DNA of 62,058 nt, counting the filler, from Choristocarpus tenellus KU-1152 (lineage: Eukaryota; Protista; Phaeophyceae), in NCBI GenBank assembly GCA_964200185.2. It is 12 parts of 12 records of this genome, joined end to end, with 100 filler letters (N's around TTAATTAATTAA, not from the genome) between each part and the next. Parts side by side here need not be neighbours in the genome. Positions count along the whole stretch, not along the records: positions 9,381 to 13,688 come from CAXNAD020015187.1; positions 13,789 to 17,479 come from CAXNAD020018490.1; positions 17,580 to 28,699 come from CAXNAD020002497.1; 9 more parts are not named here. One strand, 5' to 3'. Shown here in pieces: positions 11,773 through 26,000 of the stretch. The notes below the pieces were generated by a model. It saw only the letters and a program-made list of their open reading frames with translations, had not been told where the DNA came from and searched no databases. The stretch's first letter is position 1, and each line of letters begins with the position of its first letter. The position numbers and the translations under genes are program-made.

Positions 11773-13688
11773 TCGGCGAGTCAGTTTCATGAGCTCCTTG
11801 AAGTCTATTGGAACTGTGGCAACAAGCTCCCCTTGAGACCCCCTATTCTGCCCCTGCATCGGCCCAATGGAACCAACAGCCTCTGCTGCATCACCAAAGA
11901 GATTGGAGTTCTGCTCTGACGATATCTCCGTGGGGCCAGGTGTACTATGTCGTTGAGGTGCAAACTTCAGGCACACATATTGTTGTACACCACAGGCAAC
12001 ATACATTTTGTTTGAGAAGAAACTATGGTTCAGGAATAGGTGGAGGCAGGGATACTGACCAGTGAGGTGAGGGTGTCAGACCACATGGTGTAGAGCACGA
12101 AAACCCCAACTCTTGTCTGCATCATTCTGAATTCAGATAAACAGAAAAAATGCATGACCCCTTGAAAGGTCGGTGCATTGCTGCTGTTGTTTTTGATTCA
12201 CAATAAATCCATCTAGATGTTATTGTCTCACCCCCCCCTAAAAAAAATATATACCTCAGAGTATGCATTTGGTCGGCGAAGAAACAGTGCTCGGAAGCTC
12301 GAGCTCACCTTCGTGAGAGACATCATCTTGTCTCTCTCTGCCTCTGCCGCCTTGAGTCTGAGGATAGAGTTCAAGATCTTCTTGCGGTGAAGGCGATGCT
12401 CTACACCGAGGGTGTTCTTGAGGTCATCATCACTCAGGTCGTACAAGAAGGCCCCATCCACTGCTGCAGAAATGAACGCCTCCTGGTACTGGGTCAGTGT
12501 TAGAGTCTGGCACAGATGGACCAGTAACCGAGTGATTTTCCGAAAAGAGAACGGATCAGATATTGAAAGGGTTGTTGAGCATAAAGCCAGTATAGGTATA
12601 CCTCATAATCTGTTGTTATCGCTTTTGGATCCCTCATTTTCTTGTATGCTTTGAATATTTTAATGATGACGTTGAGATCATCTAAGTTCACCCAAAAGCA
12701 AGCATCATGTGTGTCTTCCTCCACATGCTGTCTGGAATGTTGTGGAAGGAAATAGCTCTATATGTTCTAGAAACCAGGGAGAAAACCCTTTACTAAAAAA
12801 GTATTGATATCGTTAAGCAATAGACTGGTGGACACATATGTTGGGGAAATTTTTGTTGCAGCCCCGTAGAGGTGTATCACCTTCAAGGCTTTGGGGAAGA
12901 AATCGATCCCAAGTCTCACCAGCAAGAGTAAGAAGGACTATCATCACTGCCTGCTAATTTTTTCACGATATCTCCTGCTCATCAGGTCTTAAGACATGTC
13001 TATTGTTTTTTGTGCATCTCCAGGAATATCTCACTTCTGACGGTGGGCAATCATTTTCATGTTGCTATTCCTTCCTTCCTCCAGGATCAACACACTGATG
13101 CAAATATTATCAGCAAGCACCCAATCCAGTACCATGTCTCTTTGTTCACCCTAACCTGAGTAGAGGTTTCTATATACACAACCTTTCACCACATTTTATC
13201 TTCAACAGATGGCTATTTCTTTATCAAGAGTAAGGAGATTGTGAAGGAACAACTCGCCACAAATCACTCACCTGCAGCCACCGAGCAATGTCATCTACAC
13301 TCCATGCAGAGACTCTAAGGGGTTCCTGCCCAGGGAGTTGCCCGGGCCTCAGAGCAGGGCTGAAAGGGTCCATCCCAAGTTTCTTATTTTGCTCAAGAGC
13401 CACAACACGTCCTTCCCCTCCACCTTCTCCTACGCCACTGGAAGCCTGAGCCACAGTCGAGTTATGTGCAAGGGCAGCCATGACTGTGTCAGAGGCCCCA
13501 ACAGTACGCATGGCCCGAATCATGTTGAGACTACTGAAGTAAGTCATGGACATAGACATGAAACCGAACTTCATCAGAGTCTCTGTGGACTGCATGAGCT
13601 GGGCAGCCTGCCGCTTGTCCTTATTCGAGGGCCCTCCATATCCCCCCCCATCCCCTCCCCAGGGCCCAAGTGCGCCTGCATCCCCACC
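11773..13688 (-). CDS. SAM-domain protein (partial). Exons 13688-13272, 12506-12309 and a probable exon ~11930-11773
   Basis: The spliced product VSAWSVDDIARWLQ|TLTLTQYQEAFISAAVDGAFLYDLSDDDLKNTLGVEHRLHRKKILNSI is a canonical SAM domain, joined by a GT-AG intron. Confidence 0.85.
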
Positions 13689-14339
13689 NNNNNNNNNNNN
13701 NNNNNNNNNNNNNNNNNNNNNNNNNNNNNNNNTTAATTAATTAANNNNNNNNNNNNNNNNNNNNNNNNNNNNNNNNNNNNNNNNNNNNGTATGTATATAG
13801 TTTTCATTGGTTTCTCCCTGACACATCTGCAAAATGTCAGAGGGCATAATAATAAAATATGTTCTAATTTCTCTAATTTTAGTTTAGGTCAACAGTCTGC
13901 ACACAGGTGTCCAGCCTTATAGCAGTACCCCCACTTATATTTGTTAAATTTATTCAAACCCTAACCCCAACCCTAATCCTAACCTATCCCGAAAATGTAA
14001 ACCCAAATACAGAGAATATATTGCACTATATACAATGCAGTTGTGGTAAATACCAATGGGTTGCCCCTATAAACCCGACAACCTGCGTATCCAGTAACCA
14101 TCTCTCTTTAGTATATTTTGTTTGGAATTAAACATAAATAACATTTTCACCCCCAATGAAGGAACAACATTTTTTTCCCATGTTCATATGTTATGGGTGT
14201 ATTGTGCAGACACTAAAAGGTTGCCCACCAAAATATCGGGCAAAATGGGGGAGTCTACACTCATCTATGATTCCGTCCCCAAAGCCCTCCAAAACTCCAT
14301 TCCAGCACGATATTTCGGCGCATCCACCAGGGTATTCGT

Positions 14340-15300
14340 GGAGAGCTTGCCCACCTTCTCAGCATTTTCCTTGCTAACATGGGGAACTTCGAAGACATTG
14401 TCACCCTCGGACCCCAACACTTCACTGTAGACTGTGAAGAGGCTCTACCAGACGTGGCCTAGTGTCTTCTGGGGATACACATCGAACGCCTCCATTGTAA
14501 CCTCCACCAACTCCGCTGTGTTGGTCACCCCCACGTCTTCCTTCAGTTTATTTATGTAACGAAAGAATCCCAGGTCGTTGGCATTGAGGTCAGGTGAGTT
14601 GGCTGGTTGGGTCTCTATGACAATGTCGTCCCCTGCTGCCTCCTAAATTGCCTCCATGATCTACACCTTCATGTATGATTTTGCCTCTTCCTGCACAAAG
14701 ATGGTATCCCCTTCCGACCTAAGGATACAGGCCTTGATTGCTGGAATGACATCCTCGATCCTGAGCTTCTTATACCTCCCCCCGTCCACCATGACTGGCA
14801 CAAGCACCTTGATGCTCTTGGGGTGGTGTTTGCTGGAGCACTGAGCGACCTTGGTGTCCATGATTGGCCAGGTCCCGATTTTCACTTCGAACCACATCCC
14901 ATTGGAGCTTCCTTGGGCTCGCCACAGCTGCAAGGAGGCATCACCTTTGTATGTAATGCTTAATCTGTGCCCGTGAGGGGTTGGGGGGGTACTCAGCGGG
15001 GTGCAGGTTGAAAAATCACTTCTCATCCACATGCACCCAGCCATATAAATCGTCCATGAATACCCCACTTCACTCCCTCCTGTGTCCGTGGTCAATGACA
15101 AAACCCACCCTGTTGACTTTCTCAGGGGATTGCCTTGATCCACCGCTTAACCTTCTTCACCTTCTCACGCTTGAACGGATCCCACAACAAGGCAAGGGAA
15201 ACCCCAGCTTTAGCCACCGATTTGCAGAAAGATGTATGGTGCACCGATGGGAGATCCCAAACATCGAGGATACTCGTACAGCGGTCGCATCACCCCTTAT
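14340..15300 (-). mobile_element. Decayed Tc1/mariner transposase, DD39D (plant/oomycete mariner-like) type
   Basis: Motifs WVHVDEK*FF (W to stop), WFEVKIGTWP, VIPAIKA...IFVQE and QPANSPDLNANDLGFF occur in order, with stops and frameshifts. Confidence 0.85.
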
Positions 15301-16758
15301 AATGTTGTATACAATGTCCATGCATTCACCTCATGCAATTCTAGCTGTCATAATCCGTCAGATGATGGAACACAGTGATTCAGGAAATTCTGGAGTTCTC
15401 CATGATGGCCGCCATCACCCCCTGAGGCGTCTGAGTCTCACGCCCTCTTGCCTCCAGGCATCGCACCATCACACTACTCTTTGTCGGGTGTTTGCGTCTG
15501 GACCCTGCACAGACTTCTGGGACTGATGGGCAAGACAGGATGAGTGAGCCACTCGAATGACAGGGGGCCTATGTCCTAGGTATCCCAATGTGTATGCGCT
15601 TTGACAGTTTCACAAGGTTTTTGAACCCTGTCAAATGTGACTTGGTCGACTTTGCACTGGTGATCCTCCACAGCCATGACAGTCCACCATCTCAAGCTTT
15701 GCATGCCTCGCAATCTATATGAGAACTAGACCTCGTCCAGAGTGTTTATCACATGGGTGGTTCTTAGGCAAGAACAGAGCTTGCAAAAGTTATGTTGCAT
15801 CTAATCCCGAACGGAGGAAGTACCCACCCACTAACATTTCCCATATTTTTGTTGTGATGGGGAGAGGACCAAAACGATTATGAGATTCGTACAAGACAAA
15901 AAAAACAAAAAACAAATCCAAGCCTAGACTTGGACCATGAAGGCGGTCTAGGTTAATTGACTCAGTCCTCAGGCAATATACCTGACTTGAGCCATAACAA
16001 ATTGGTAGCAAGTCAACCCTTACTTACTATTGAACATAAATGGAGGGAGGGGATGAACCAGATTGAAATTTGAAAGCTTGGTGTATTGTTATTGATTGTG
16101 GTTTTGAGCGAGATACAATGACAATGACAGTTAAACCAACTGACAGATAGACGGGGTTGCATTTTTAGGACTCAGAGAAAAGGCAAAAATGTGCCATTCT
16201 GTACAATTGCAGAATGAGCTTTTGCTGAGTTGTGATGTCACTTTGTGCTTGTAAAGGGGGAACATCAATTTTGTATACACTATTATGGGCATAAAGCAAT
16301 GAAATAGAGTGTATTGTAGAGGGTAAGAACTATGGCTTGGAATGTCAAAGGGTCCAAAGCTGACTACCTCTCTACAGTTTTGGCTCTGGGATCTTCATCA
16401 AGTAGTAACTGGTGACTGTACCTAATATGTGTGGGAGTCATGTTCTGAAGTGATTGACTGGAGCCATAGATGTACAATGTCAAGCATTTGATTAAGCAAG
16501 TTGAAATATATTGTGGTTCGACAACGCGATAAGATAATAGTGTTTTGCTCTTGATTTCTTACAGGTAGATGTGGTAGCCTTCCTTGTGTATGTTGTTGAA
16601 GTAGTGCGGTTGATGAAAGTGACAATAGTGTTCCCTCACAGTTGTCGCAGAGTGAACAAGTTCACTGCTATAAGTTGATAGATGACAGGCTACTACCAGT
16701 ACAGAATTCCAACACGAGATACTCAAATTATAGGTCCACCAGGAAGGCAATGCAATTA

Positions 16759-16937
16759 GGCTCAAAGTATCTGTGGGGGGTGGCGGCTGTCCATTTGGGG
16801 CCAATTTTTCAATGTCACGATTTTTTTATGATTTGGTTGCATACGTCGGATGGATAATGTAAGTACACTTTTACTGGTTATGGCCCAAATGGACACCCTG
16901 ATGTAGACCCCCCCCCCACCCCCCGATACGTTGGACC
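16759..16937 (+). mobile_element. Full-length MITE family A (179 bp)
   Basis: Imperfect TIRs GGCTCAAAGTATCTG.../...CCCGATACGTTGGACC, flanked by TTA on both sides; non-coding interior. Confidence 0.85.
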
Positions 16938-18020
16938 TTATGTCGTGGAGCTACCCCTAGTCAAGTTATTGGCAAGGACATGGGAGAGAAAGGTGTGAAA
17001 CAAAGAGACTTCTCGTCTCACCAAAAACACCATAATCATGCAGGTACAACAACTTGATCCGAGCCGTAAGAAATTGAGAGTCCAAGTAAGGCCTTCCAAT
17101 GGGCTTTTCTGCATTTCGAGGATGGCAATGGAGGTGAAGGACAAAGGATTTTGTTAGTCCCTTATATTCAGAAGGGCCTAATCAGCTCCCCTCTAGTAGG
17201 ATACCATTACTCTTGATACTTACAGTTTGTGTGAAGTCATTGCCCATACATCAGTACCGTGAATAATTTATCCAACGGACCCAGCCAATTGCAAAGCAAT
17301 TAGTGTGGTAGATATAATAAAATGTACTGTCACCGCCCAACTTCATTCTGGTACCTCATATCCTTCATGCTCAAAATGCAAGGAAGTTGAATCAAGAGAG
17401 TGAGAGTATCTTAGAGACCCAAAGTATCTGGGGGGGTGGGGGGGGGTCTACACCAGAGTGTCCATTTGGTCCAAAACCANNNNNNNNNNNNNNNNNNNNN
17501 NNNNNNNNNNNNNNNNNNNNNNNTTAATTAATTAANNNNNNNNNNNNNNNNNNNNNNNNNNNNNNNNNNNNNNNNNNNNTAGGCCAAAAAACCAACCCCC
17601 ACAAAAAAACATACACGAGGCCGGAGACACAACAAAAAAACAAAAAACACCCCCCCCCCCCCCCCCCCCCCCCCCCGCAAAACAAAATTGTTCCTATGAG
17701 GTGGATAATTTTGAAACTTCCTTAGATCTGCACTTGGAGTGTTAACAGCCATCATGGAAGCATATCGCTAGGAACCTCAACAACAAAGAGGAAGGCGTTT
17801 CTGCTCACTCAAAACTCACGCACTCTGAATCTCAATTCCTTCCCCCCACCCCCAACCCAACCCACTTCCTCCTTGTCCTTAACAAAACTCTCTACATAAG
17901 CATCACCTTGCCCCTCCCCCAGACACCCCAACAAAAAAACGCACACACACACACACACACACACAGCAGTATCACAACAAGGGGGCAACAAACAATCCCA
18001 CCATAACCCAATCCAGCTAA

Positions 18021-21000
18021 TTACACTGCACCCCTCTCTACAACCATTTCATCTACGTACACACACACCTCTGCCCAGCTCAGGCTGGTCATGAGCAGGC
18101 CATTGAATCCCCTCACTCCAGGAGAAATGCCCTTCTTCACAAACTCCTTTGACAATGCAATTGCTTTCCCCCCTAGCCCCGCCTTACCATATGCATTCAT
18201 AGCTGCATCCAATGCACGTTCAAGCCCCTTTATCGACATGTTCAAGCCGCCCTTCCTCCCTTCTGCCCTCCCCGCCCCGCTCGGGTCAACCCCAGATTCT
18301 TGCTGCTTGTGAATACCTTCCCTCCGATCAACGCGTCTCACTGCTCTCCTGAGAATATCCGCACCCCAATCGGGTTTCCCACCCTTGCCACAGGCGGTAA
18401 TAGCGGAGGTGATGCAGTGAATGTTAGGAGACGGGAGGGCCGGCACCTGTTCCATCTTCTTCAAGAGTGCCAACGCTGCTTCTGCGTCCCCCGCTCGAGA
18501 GCACCCATCAATCACCATACCCATTGTTACCACATCAGGACGAGGTGGATCAAGGAGACAAGGGTCCCATTCCAGGGTCCCTGGCTCTGCTCCTTCCTTG
18601 TTTCCACTCCTTCCCAGACCTGTGTCTCCTTGATCGAAGGTCAACCCCTGCAATACCTCCGATATGTCCGTCAGAGGAGCCGGTGTTTCGTGCAATACTT
18701 GTTGATCTATCTGCTCCCCACCCCTGACCTCCAGTGGAGCATCTCCACCATCCTCCCTTGCCCCCGCCCCAGCTCCCAAACACGTTTCCTTCATGTTCCT
18801 CACAGGCAATTTTTTAGCGCCCTTACCGTCAGTGCGAGGGATTTGTCCTTGAGAACCATCGGCCGTTTCTACTTCTGTTTCAGTGGCATTGCCAGCGCCT
18901 GCGATGGTGAGAGAAGACCCCCGTCCCTGTCCCCCTCCTCCTGCGGGTGATAGGTGCTCCCCTATCATGTGATACAGCAGCTTCACAGCCTTTTTGTGCC
19001 TGGCTTACAAGACGCAGTGGAAAAGGCAGGCGCATTTCGTGAAGAAGAGAGAGAGGCGTATTTTTGAGATCCATTATGATTTCAAGGTATTTCTTAGATC
19101 CAAACACTCAAGGGGTGCAAGGAGATACAAACAACAACGTAGAGCTAGGGTTAGGGTTAAGGTAGAGTTGCTCGAAGACAATCACAATACAAGAAATCAC
19201 ATCAAGATCAACGAAAAAAAAAAACACCCAACTTATCAATTCCGTATTCTAGTTTGGACGTGCCCCGTTGACCTTCAAGCGAGCGCAATAACGCCTCCAT
19301 ATTGAAATATATCGTAACATGCCATACACGGCAAGAGGGAGGACAATCTACAATTACAGAGGGGGTTTCTAACTGGCCGGGAGGCTTTCCCACACATATG
19401 GTACCACAGTATTATTCCCCAGAGCTAGATAGATGTGACTTTCAAATTTGACACCCACCCTATCCGTTCACCAGTAACGCCCAACTAGTTCTCACCTTCC
19501 CCCTGTGCAATACGCCCTCACCAGTCCATTCCAGTGAACTATCGCAGGCTTTTCCAAAATAATCCCGCGCTCATTTGGGATCCCAGCCCCCTTATCTCCA
19601 TCCCTAAACCTCTGGCATGCATCTCCCATTGACATGAGCACTTGCTCCGCCTCTTTCCATCTCCGAGCCCGACCACAAGCTTCCATAACGCCTCCATAGG
19701 CAAAAGAACTCCGATGGAGACCTATTGGGACATTGGAGAAGAACACAAAAGCGGGTAAGGAGAAAAAACAGAAGAGAATGAACTATCTAAAAAAAAAAAG
19801 GACTAGAAAAACAGCTGCTAGTATGAAATGTAGATATCAACATGCAGAGAGAGAGAGAGAGAGCTACATCCAAGTGCATCATTATATAGACTTTACATTA
19901 TCTATTTTATATTCTTTACATTATTTATTTTACACTCTTTACATTATTTATTTTGTTGGCATATTACAACAGTTCTTTACATTTTACAACAGTTCTTCCA
20001 CGATAAAGTGAATCATCTTTAAGAAAATACTTGAAACTGCTATTGGCTATGCACGCAGACTTGGTTAACTCAATGTTATTAGCATTATTTTCACCATGAT
20101 CTTTCATTTCCTCAATCAGTTCCATTGCAGCAACCCAATCAGCAGACCTTGCCGCTGCTTCGATGGCGTTATTGTAACCCCAAGCCGTCGGTTTAATTGC
20201 ACCCTCTGGGGACAACCACATTTCCCTTAGGACAGCCCGTGCTTTAGACACTATCCCAGCCCTGGCAAATGCCTGTAAGCAAGGGTGGGAACAAATGGAG
20301 TTACAGATGTGTGCATGCATGGTCAGGGCACATTTCACCACTGGGTGAGGTGGGCAGCTCTTTTACAACCCGGAGGATGGAGGATTGTTGAGGGGGGTCC
20401 TGCATGGCCTGGGTGGAAATCCAAAAACCAAGACAACTACTCAATGACGTGGTGAGGACTAGAGGGATGATGACACAAGGGTGAAACCAGGAGGCACCCA
20501 AGCCTCTTGGGCCTTTTCAATACATTGAAATGCCACTGTTCTCCATGATGTACAGGTCCTGCACAAAGTCCCTGGTGAAACATTGGTAGTGGCACCTCAA
20601 TATCTATCGCAGCAATTGAAAGTGATAATCTCCAAGAGGGGAAACAATGGGACCCAGCCACTATATAAACAACACAGGAATGTTCATCCACCATTGTCAC
20701 GCAAGGAAGACACCTACTCTTAATCCTATCCACAAAAGGCTGCCCAAAACACATTACCATCATCGTAGCAGTTAACCACACTCTCATGCCCACACCTACT
20801 CCGCTGAAAGCCACTGTGTTGGGCTAGGGTTGCCAATGCCCCCCAACAAAAAACAGGAGTTCTTCTCACCTGGAGGGCGTAGTTGTAGCTAATCCCGCTC
20901 TTTTCTATCCCACCCTCATCCATCTGCTTCAGCAATGAACTCACTTCCTGGTGACCACCGTTTGCAGCACACACCTGACCAGAGGATGAAAAAATTGCAG

Positions 21001-22775
21001 ACAATATACGACAAAAGAGGTCAAGGGGGGGAGGGGGAGTTTACCAAGGGCGTACAGGGCAAGTGGCTAGTTGCTCATGAGGTGAGGGGAAAACATATTG
21101 AAGAAGTAAGCATGATCCAGTCAACTGATTTGATTTAAACACTCCATATATAAAAAAAGATTGAGCTACTGCTGACTGCAATAATCATGCTTTGCAGTCG
21201 AGGTCCGCCCTGCATATCCACGTGGACATGTTTGTGGCAGGAAGGCGGTTGAACTATTGTCAAGAATTGAATTCCCACTCAATGTAACATGCATACGAAG
21301 GTACTGAACGTATACTTGAGCAATCTTCAACCCTGATATCACACTTGGATCCTCAGAAGGTTTCCACGACTACAAGAATTGCTGATAGTGGTGTGTCCAT
21401 TAGCCAAGAGGTAAGCTTTCTAACAAGCACACTTTCCTGTCACTTCCCATAAGCAGTGGGAGTATCTAGTTGACTTTGGGAAGGGATGGGATGATACTTC
21501 CATTACACCTTAAGAGCGAACACACCTCAGCACAAGGCCAACCCAAGGTTACCAGGATAACAAACTGACCCATCTCTGTCCAAGGGTCTCTGCCTAATCT
21601 CTTACTTGCAGACAGGCATTGTAGCTTGTGCGGTTTGGGGTCAACCTTCCACCCTGCCGGATCATGTACGCCAGCAAGTTCAAGGCCCCCTTTGCATCCC
21701 TTCCCATTACGTGTGCCTTGAGAGCTTGATTGTACGCTCCCCTTGATACTTGCATCGTTGTCTCGGCCACCACCCGCCCTTCTCCAGGTGCCTGTGGTGC
21801 CTGGCTCTTTTCCATCAACGGTGGTGGTGACGTACCCCCTCCTACTGGCTGCTGTGAAGCATCCTCAGCTTTGCTCAATGAACTCGAAGCACTCTCCAGG
21901 CGCTTTCGAACTCGTGAGGAGGACACGTAGATCTTCTCCTTAACCTGTGCCTCATGGAACACCTTAAGGGCCTCTCTCCATTGACCCTTCTCTAACAGGC
22001 GAGAGAGCTCCTGGGCGAGCAGGTACAGGGGGAGGGACTGCCAGGACCCTGACTTCGATCTCGACTTTGAAGTCTCGATTTTAAACCTCCCACCAACTTG
22101 CCCTCGTACAGGCTTTGAGTCGCTGCCCGCTGAAAGTTCACTCACAAGATGAGGAGCAGTATCTCTATCCCTTTCTCTGGTCAGAGGAATTGCTTCTTCA
22201 ACTTGTTTCGAGGATATCTTCGACCTCGCCACTCTGGGAGTTGCAGTAGAATTAGGGTGCTCTTTTGACACGATCTGCTGGCCTTCAGGTCCTCTAGCTC
22301 CGTAGTCTGTGGACGCTGGGGTGTGCTCTGCTTTAACTGCTGCGAAGAACCTTTCTTCGTCATCAGCAGCGCCATGTTGTATCCGTTGGCTATCCAGGTC
22401 GTCTCCTTTTCCCCATCTCGAGATGTACCCTTCACAGGGTTGAGCCCCCACTTGATGCAAGGTACATGGGCGTTGACCGGGCAGCAGAGCCTCTCCCCAA
22501 ACTTCACTTCCCTCGGTCACGCCGACATGAAATTCAGAACCCACACCTCCCGCTTTGCCGCTCCAAGATGTGCCTTCGCAACGCGTCTGTTGCTCGTTGG
22601 TCACAACGGCTGACGACTTGAGGCGAGAGAGGCTTGGACCAAACCTGCTACAAACTCGTGTAGAACCAGGCGCAAAACCATCCACAGTCATCGCCAAGAG
22701 TGCCGTTGCTATGGTCGGTCCCCCACACCCTCCATGACTGCGTTGAGTTCCTCTTACCTGCCGAGCACCTCCCAT
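18021..22775 (-). CDS. Pentatricopeptide repeat (PPR) protein, probably plastid-targeted. Exons 22775-21606, 20974-20870, 20272-20095, 19721-19496, 18999-18021
   Basis: Multiple PPR motifs (e.g. SYNACLQ|VCAANG, GYNNAIEAAARSADW, PDVVTMGMVIDGCSRAGD) join in frame across GT-AG introns. The N-terminal hydrophobic stretch ends in VDG-FAP. Confidence 0.9.
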
Positions 22776-23043
22776 ACCTCAATAAGTCGTGACTGACTAA
22801 ATTTTGTGAGGATGGGGAACGTTAAGAGAGGGGAAAAAATACTTCAACCTCTGGAAACCCCTTCAAAGTACACCCACAACCCACCATACTCTCTTCAAGT
22901 GCAGAGCATAGTTTAGGGCTCCATGGATCTTCTCCGAGACAGGGCGTTACCTAAGATCTTCTATGCCCTTCTAGTTCTAACATGGGGCTGTGGTGTCTCT
23001 ATGGGTGAGGATATCCCCTGCAGGCACCTCTGGGAATAGGGAC

Positions 23044-26000
23044 ATGTTACTATGCATACGATTGACTACTGCCGTCCAACCTACTCCAGGGTTTGTTGCC
23101 CGAGTTTTTACCCCTTCGGTTCTCCACCAATCATTCTCCATGCGGGGAGCTCGCGTCGGAATTTCTGTGGCGACCAAGACCTTGCCCGTGTCCGTCGATG
23201 TACTCTCTCCAAGGGAGGCGGAAGTGGCGTTGAACCTTGACCCATCATCATCTCAAAGCTACAGGATCAAGTGGTTTCAAGAAGGCAATCCATCGGTCTA
23301 CGACGAGGTGCCATTTTCGAAATTTGATGCTGTGCACAATTTCAGCCCCTCGCAAAGGCCAATAATTGTGACATTGTCACTAACCGTGGACCTCAACACT
23401 AATCTAGAGTCTCACGTAATTTAGCCATGATGCATTCCATAATACCCGCTTGCCGACTCTTCTCTACCCCAGGGTATGCCGTATCTAATATCACTGCTGA
23501 AACACTGGGTTTTGACGCCCAAATGATTGCCACCCATTGATTCGTGAGGTGACTTCGCTAAAATGAAGAGAGACTTGGTCTAAACGGGAGGATGTGCTAT
23601 GAAATCAGTGAAGATTCGTGCTTGAGATGCCGTCTTCTCGCTTTATTGGGTGTGCTTCCCGCTATGACCTGCTTGCATTCTGTGGAGCATTGCACTGACT
23701 TGTGTGATTGACTGGACGGGACCATGAATCACGACATGTGAACATGTGAATTAGCAGGGAGGGTAAATGATAGACCCTGTAAGAGCTCACTTGAATGGGG
23801 AAATGTTTCTACCTTCCTCCCGAATTTCTAACCCATCTCGCCCCGTCGCAGAGCCATTAGCAGGGCGAACGTACATGCCATCACACTCCAACCCCCTGTT
23901 TCACGCCTTGTGATTGTGGCCAACCAACAAGGTCACGGTATCCCTGCAGCGGCGCGTTTCCTTGACCGGTCTCTCTCCTGACTCGAGCTATGTGGTGCGC
24001 GTTTTCGGGGTGGCTAATGGGTTGATGGAGGCTGCAGAGGAAGCCACAGAGATCCTATTTTCAACACCTCAGGTTTGTCATTTAACGTTGGTGTTGTCAA
24101 TGCAAGAAACTGTATAATTAAGGTATGTCGACTGCTCTTCTGCGGTTTTCTCATAAGAAAGGTGCAGTTTCCCTCCTGGTATTGAAGCATGAAGGTATTG
24201 CAGATGTTTTGTACAGTGTAAATGTACCTGCTGCTCTAGATCAACTAAAATAGTTTGGTAGGAAATCCATGTATCACAGGAATACATTGCTGGGATAATT
24301 ATTGTCTAAGGTAGTCCCAGAAAGCAGGCACTCTGCTAAAGGCATTACTGTAGACTCTCCCAGGAGAAAATTGAAGGGCAATGACGAAGCATACGCACCA
24401 TTGGTCCAATACGTTATCTAGCAGCAGGTTTCTAAAGCTGCATCCTACATGTCTTGTTTTGGGGTATGATACAATACCAGTTGTATAGAAAGGTCTTCGT
24501 TGTAAGCAATGCACATGTTGTTGTTGTGTTTCTTCTACTTTCTTGCATGTTTTTTTTCTCCCCCATGACACCGTACCCAAAATTTTAGCGGGTGTGAAAT
24601 AGATAGTGCTGTGTGATATATGATACACAAGGGGGCTTTCGATGTCCACTCTCATTTGCTATTGATCCAAATCAAAGCAAAACAAGTACATGACTGTGTA
24701 ACTTCCCTGAGCTTGGGAACATCTTTTCTTGTCCCCAGCAGGCGGAAGGCAATGGACTTGGAGAGATGACCCAGCTCTCCATGCTAGAAGTTCGTGTTGG
24801 ACGTTGCCTGGAGGTGACCAAGCACCCTGATGCAGACTCCCTTTATGTGGAGAAGGTCGACTTCGGGGAGGGCCAGCCGAGGTGTGTGTGCTTGTATGTT
24901 AGCCTGGGCGGCAGGGGGGGTGGAGTGCTCTACTGGATGTGATTATGTCAGGCAGAGTAGTCTTGTCACCTGTAACTTAATTGCTGTTGGTATGCAATGG
25001 AAAGTCAAGGAGGAATCTAAGAGATAGGAAATTCTGTATTTGGTAGGGGGGGAGGTGAGATTGGTGTGTGCAGGAGGAGACAACAAGCACAGCAACCCAT
25101 CCAAGCATGATAAACCCAACAGAGGGTGGTTCCATGCATGTCATCCCTTACCCTCACCCCGGTTCTCTGCACTGCAATACTACTTTCTGTCTACAGGTGC
25201 ATCTTTTTTTTTTTGCTATATAGAATATAAATATATATTTATGTTTTTAGCTGGTGCTCCAGTTGCTTTTTGTGAGTCAACTTTGTACCTTGAAGCCCTC
25301 CATCTGCCGTTCCATGAGGTCCCCCAGTGCCCTAAGCATCGCCCTCTCCTTGTCCCTCACTCCGCACCCTCCTGCGGACAGAACGATTGTCTCAGGCTTG
25401 GTGTCTTACGTGAAAGAGGAAGACTTGGTGGGTCGCATGGTGGTGGGCTTGTGCAATCTCCCCCCCCGTGCAATGCGTGGGGTTGAGTCATCGGGGATGC
25501 TGTTATGTGCAAGCAATGAGGGACACACAAAGTGAGTTTATGGACCGGAGTTCCAAGTTTTTGTGGAAGGCTCATCTTTTAGAGTAAAAGGGTAGGGGTG
25601 CACACCCTAACCCTACCCCCACAGTCTTGTCTACAAATCGTTAACGTTATGCTTGGGATTTTGATGTTGGAGTCTGCTATTCTAATCCTTATCAAACAGT
25701 ACCACAAAAATGTTTTTATCCCATGCTGTGCATGACATGAGCTGTGTTTAGTACTCATTGTGAAGAAAAGAAGCAGGGTGCAGAGAGGTGTGATTGCTCA
25801 TCCCAGTACCGCTGTTGGATTGACCTTGGCTGAGTGTGTTCTCCAGGTCAGATATGCCTTTCCACTCATCACCACCTATGATGGTTGATGAATCCCTCCA
25901 CTGCAGTCTGAAGGTGAAATAGAGAGGTTATATATATATATATATTTCTCTCCATGCCTCAGTATTTGTTCGAGCTCTGCATAGGACTGTGTTGACTAGC

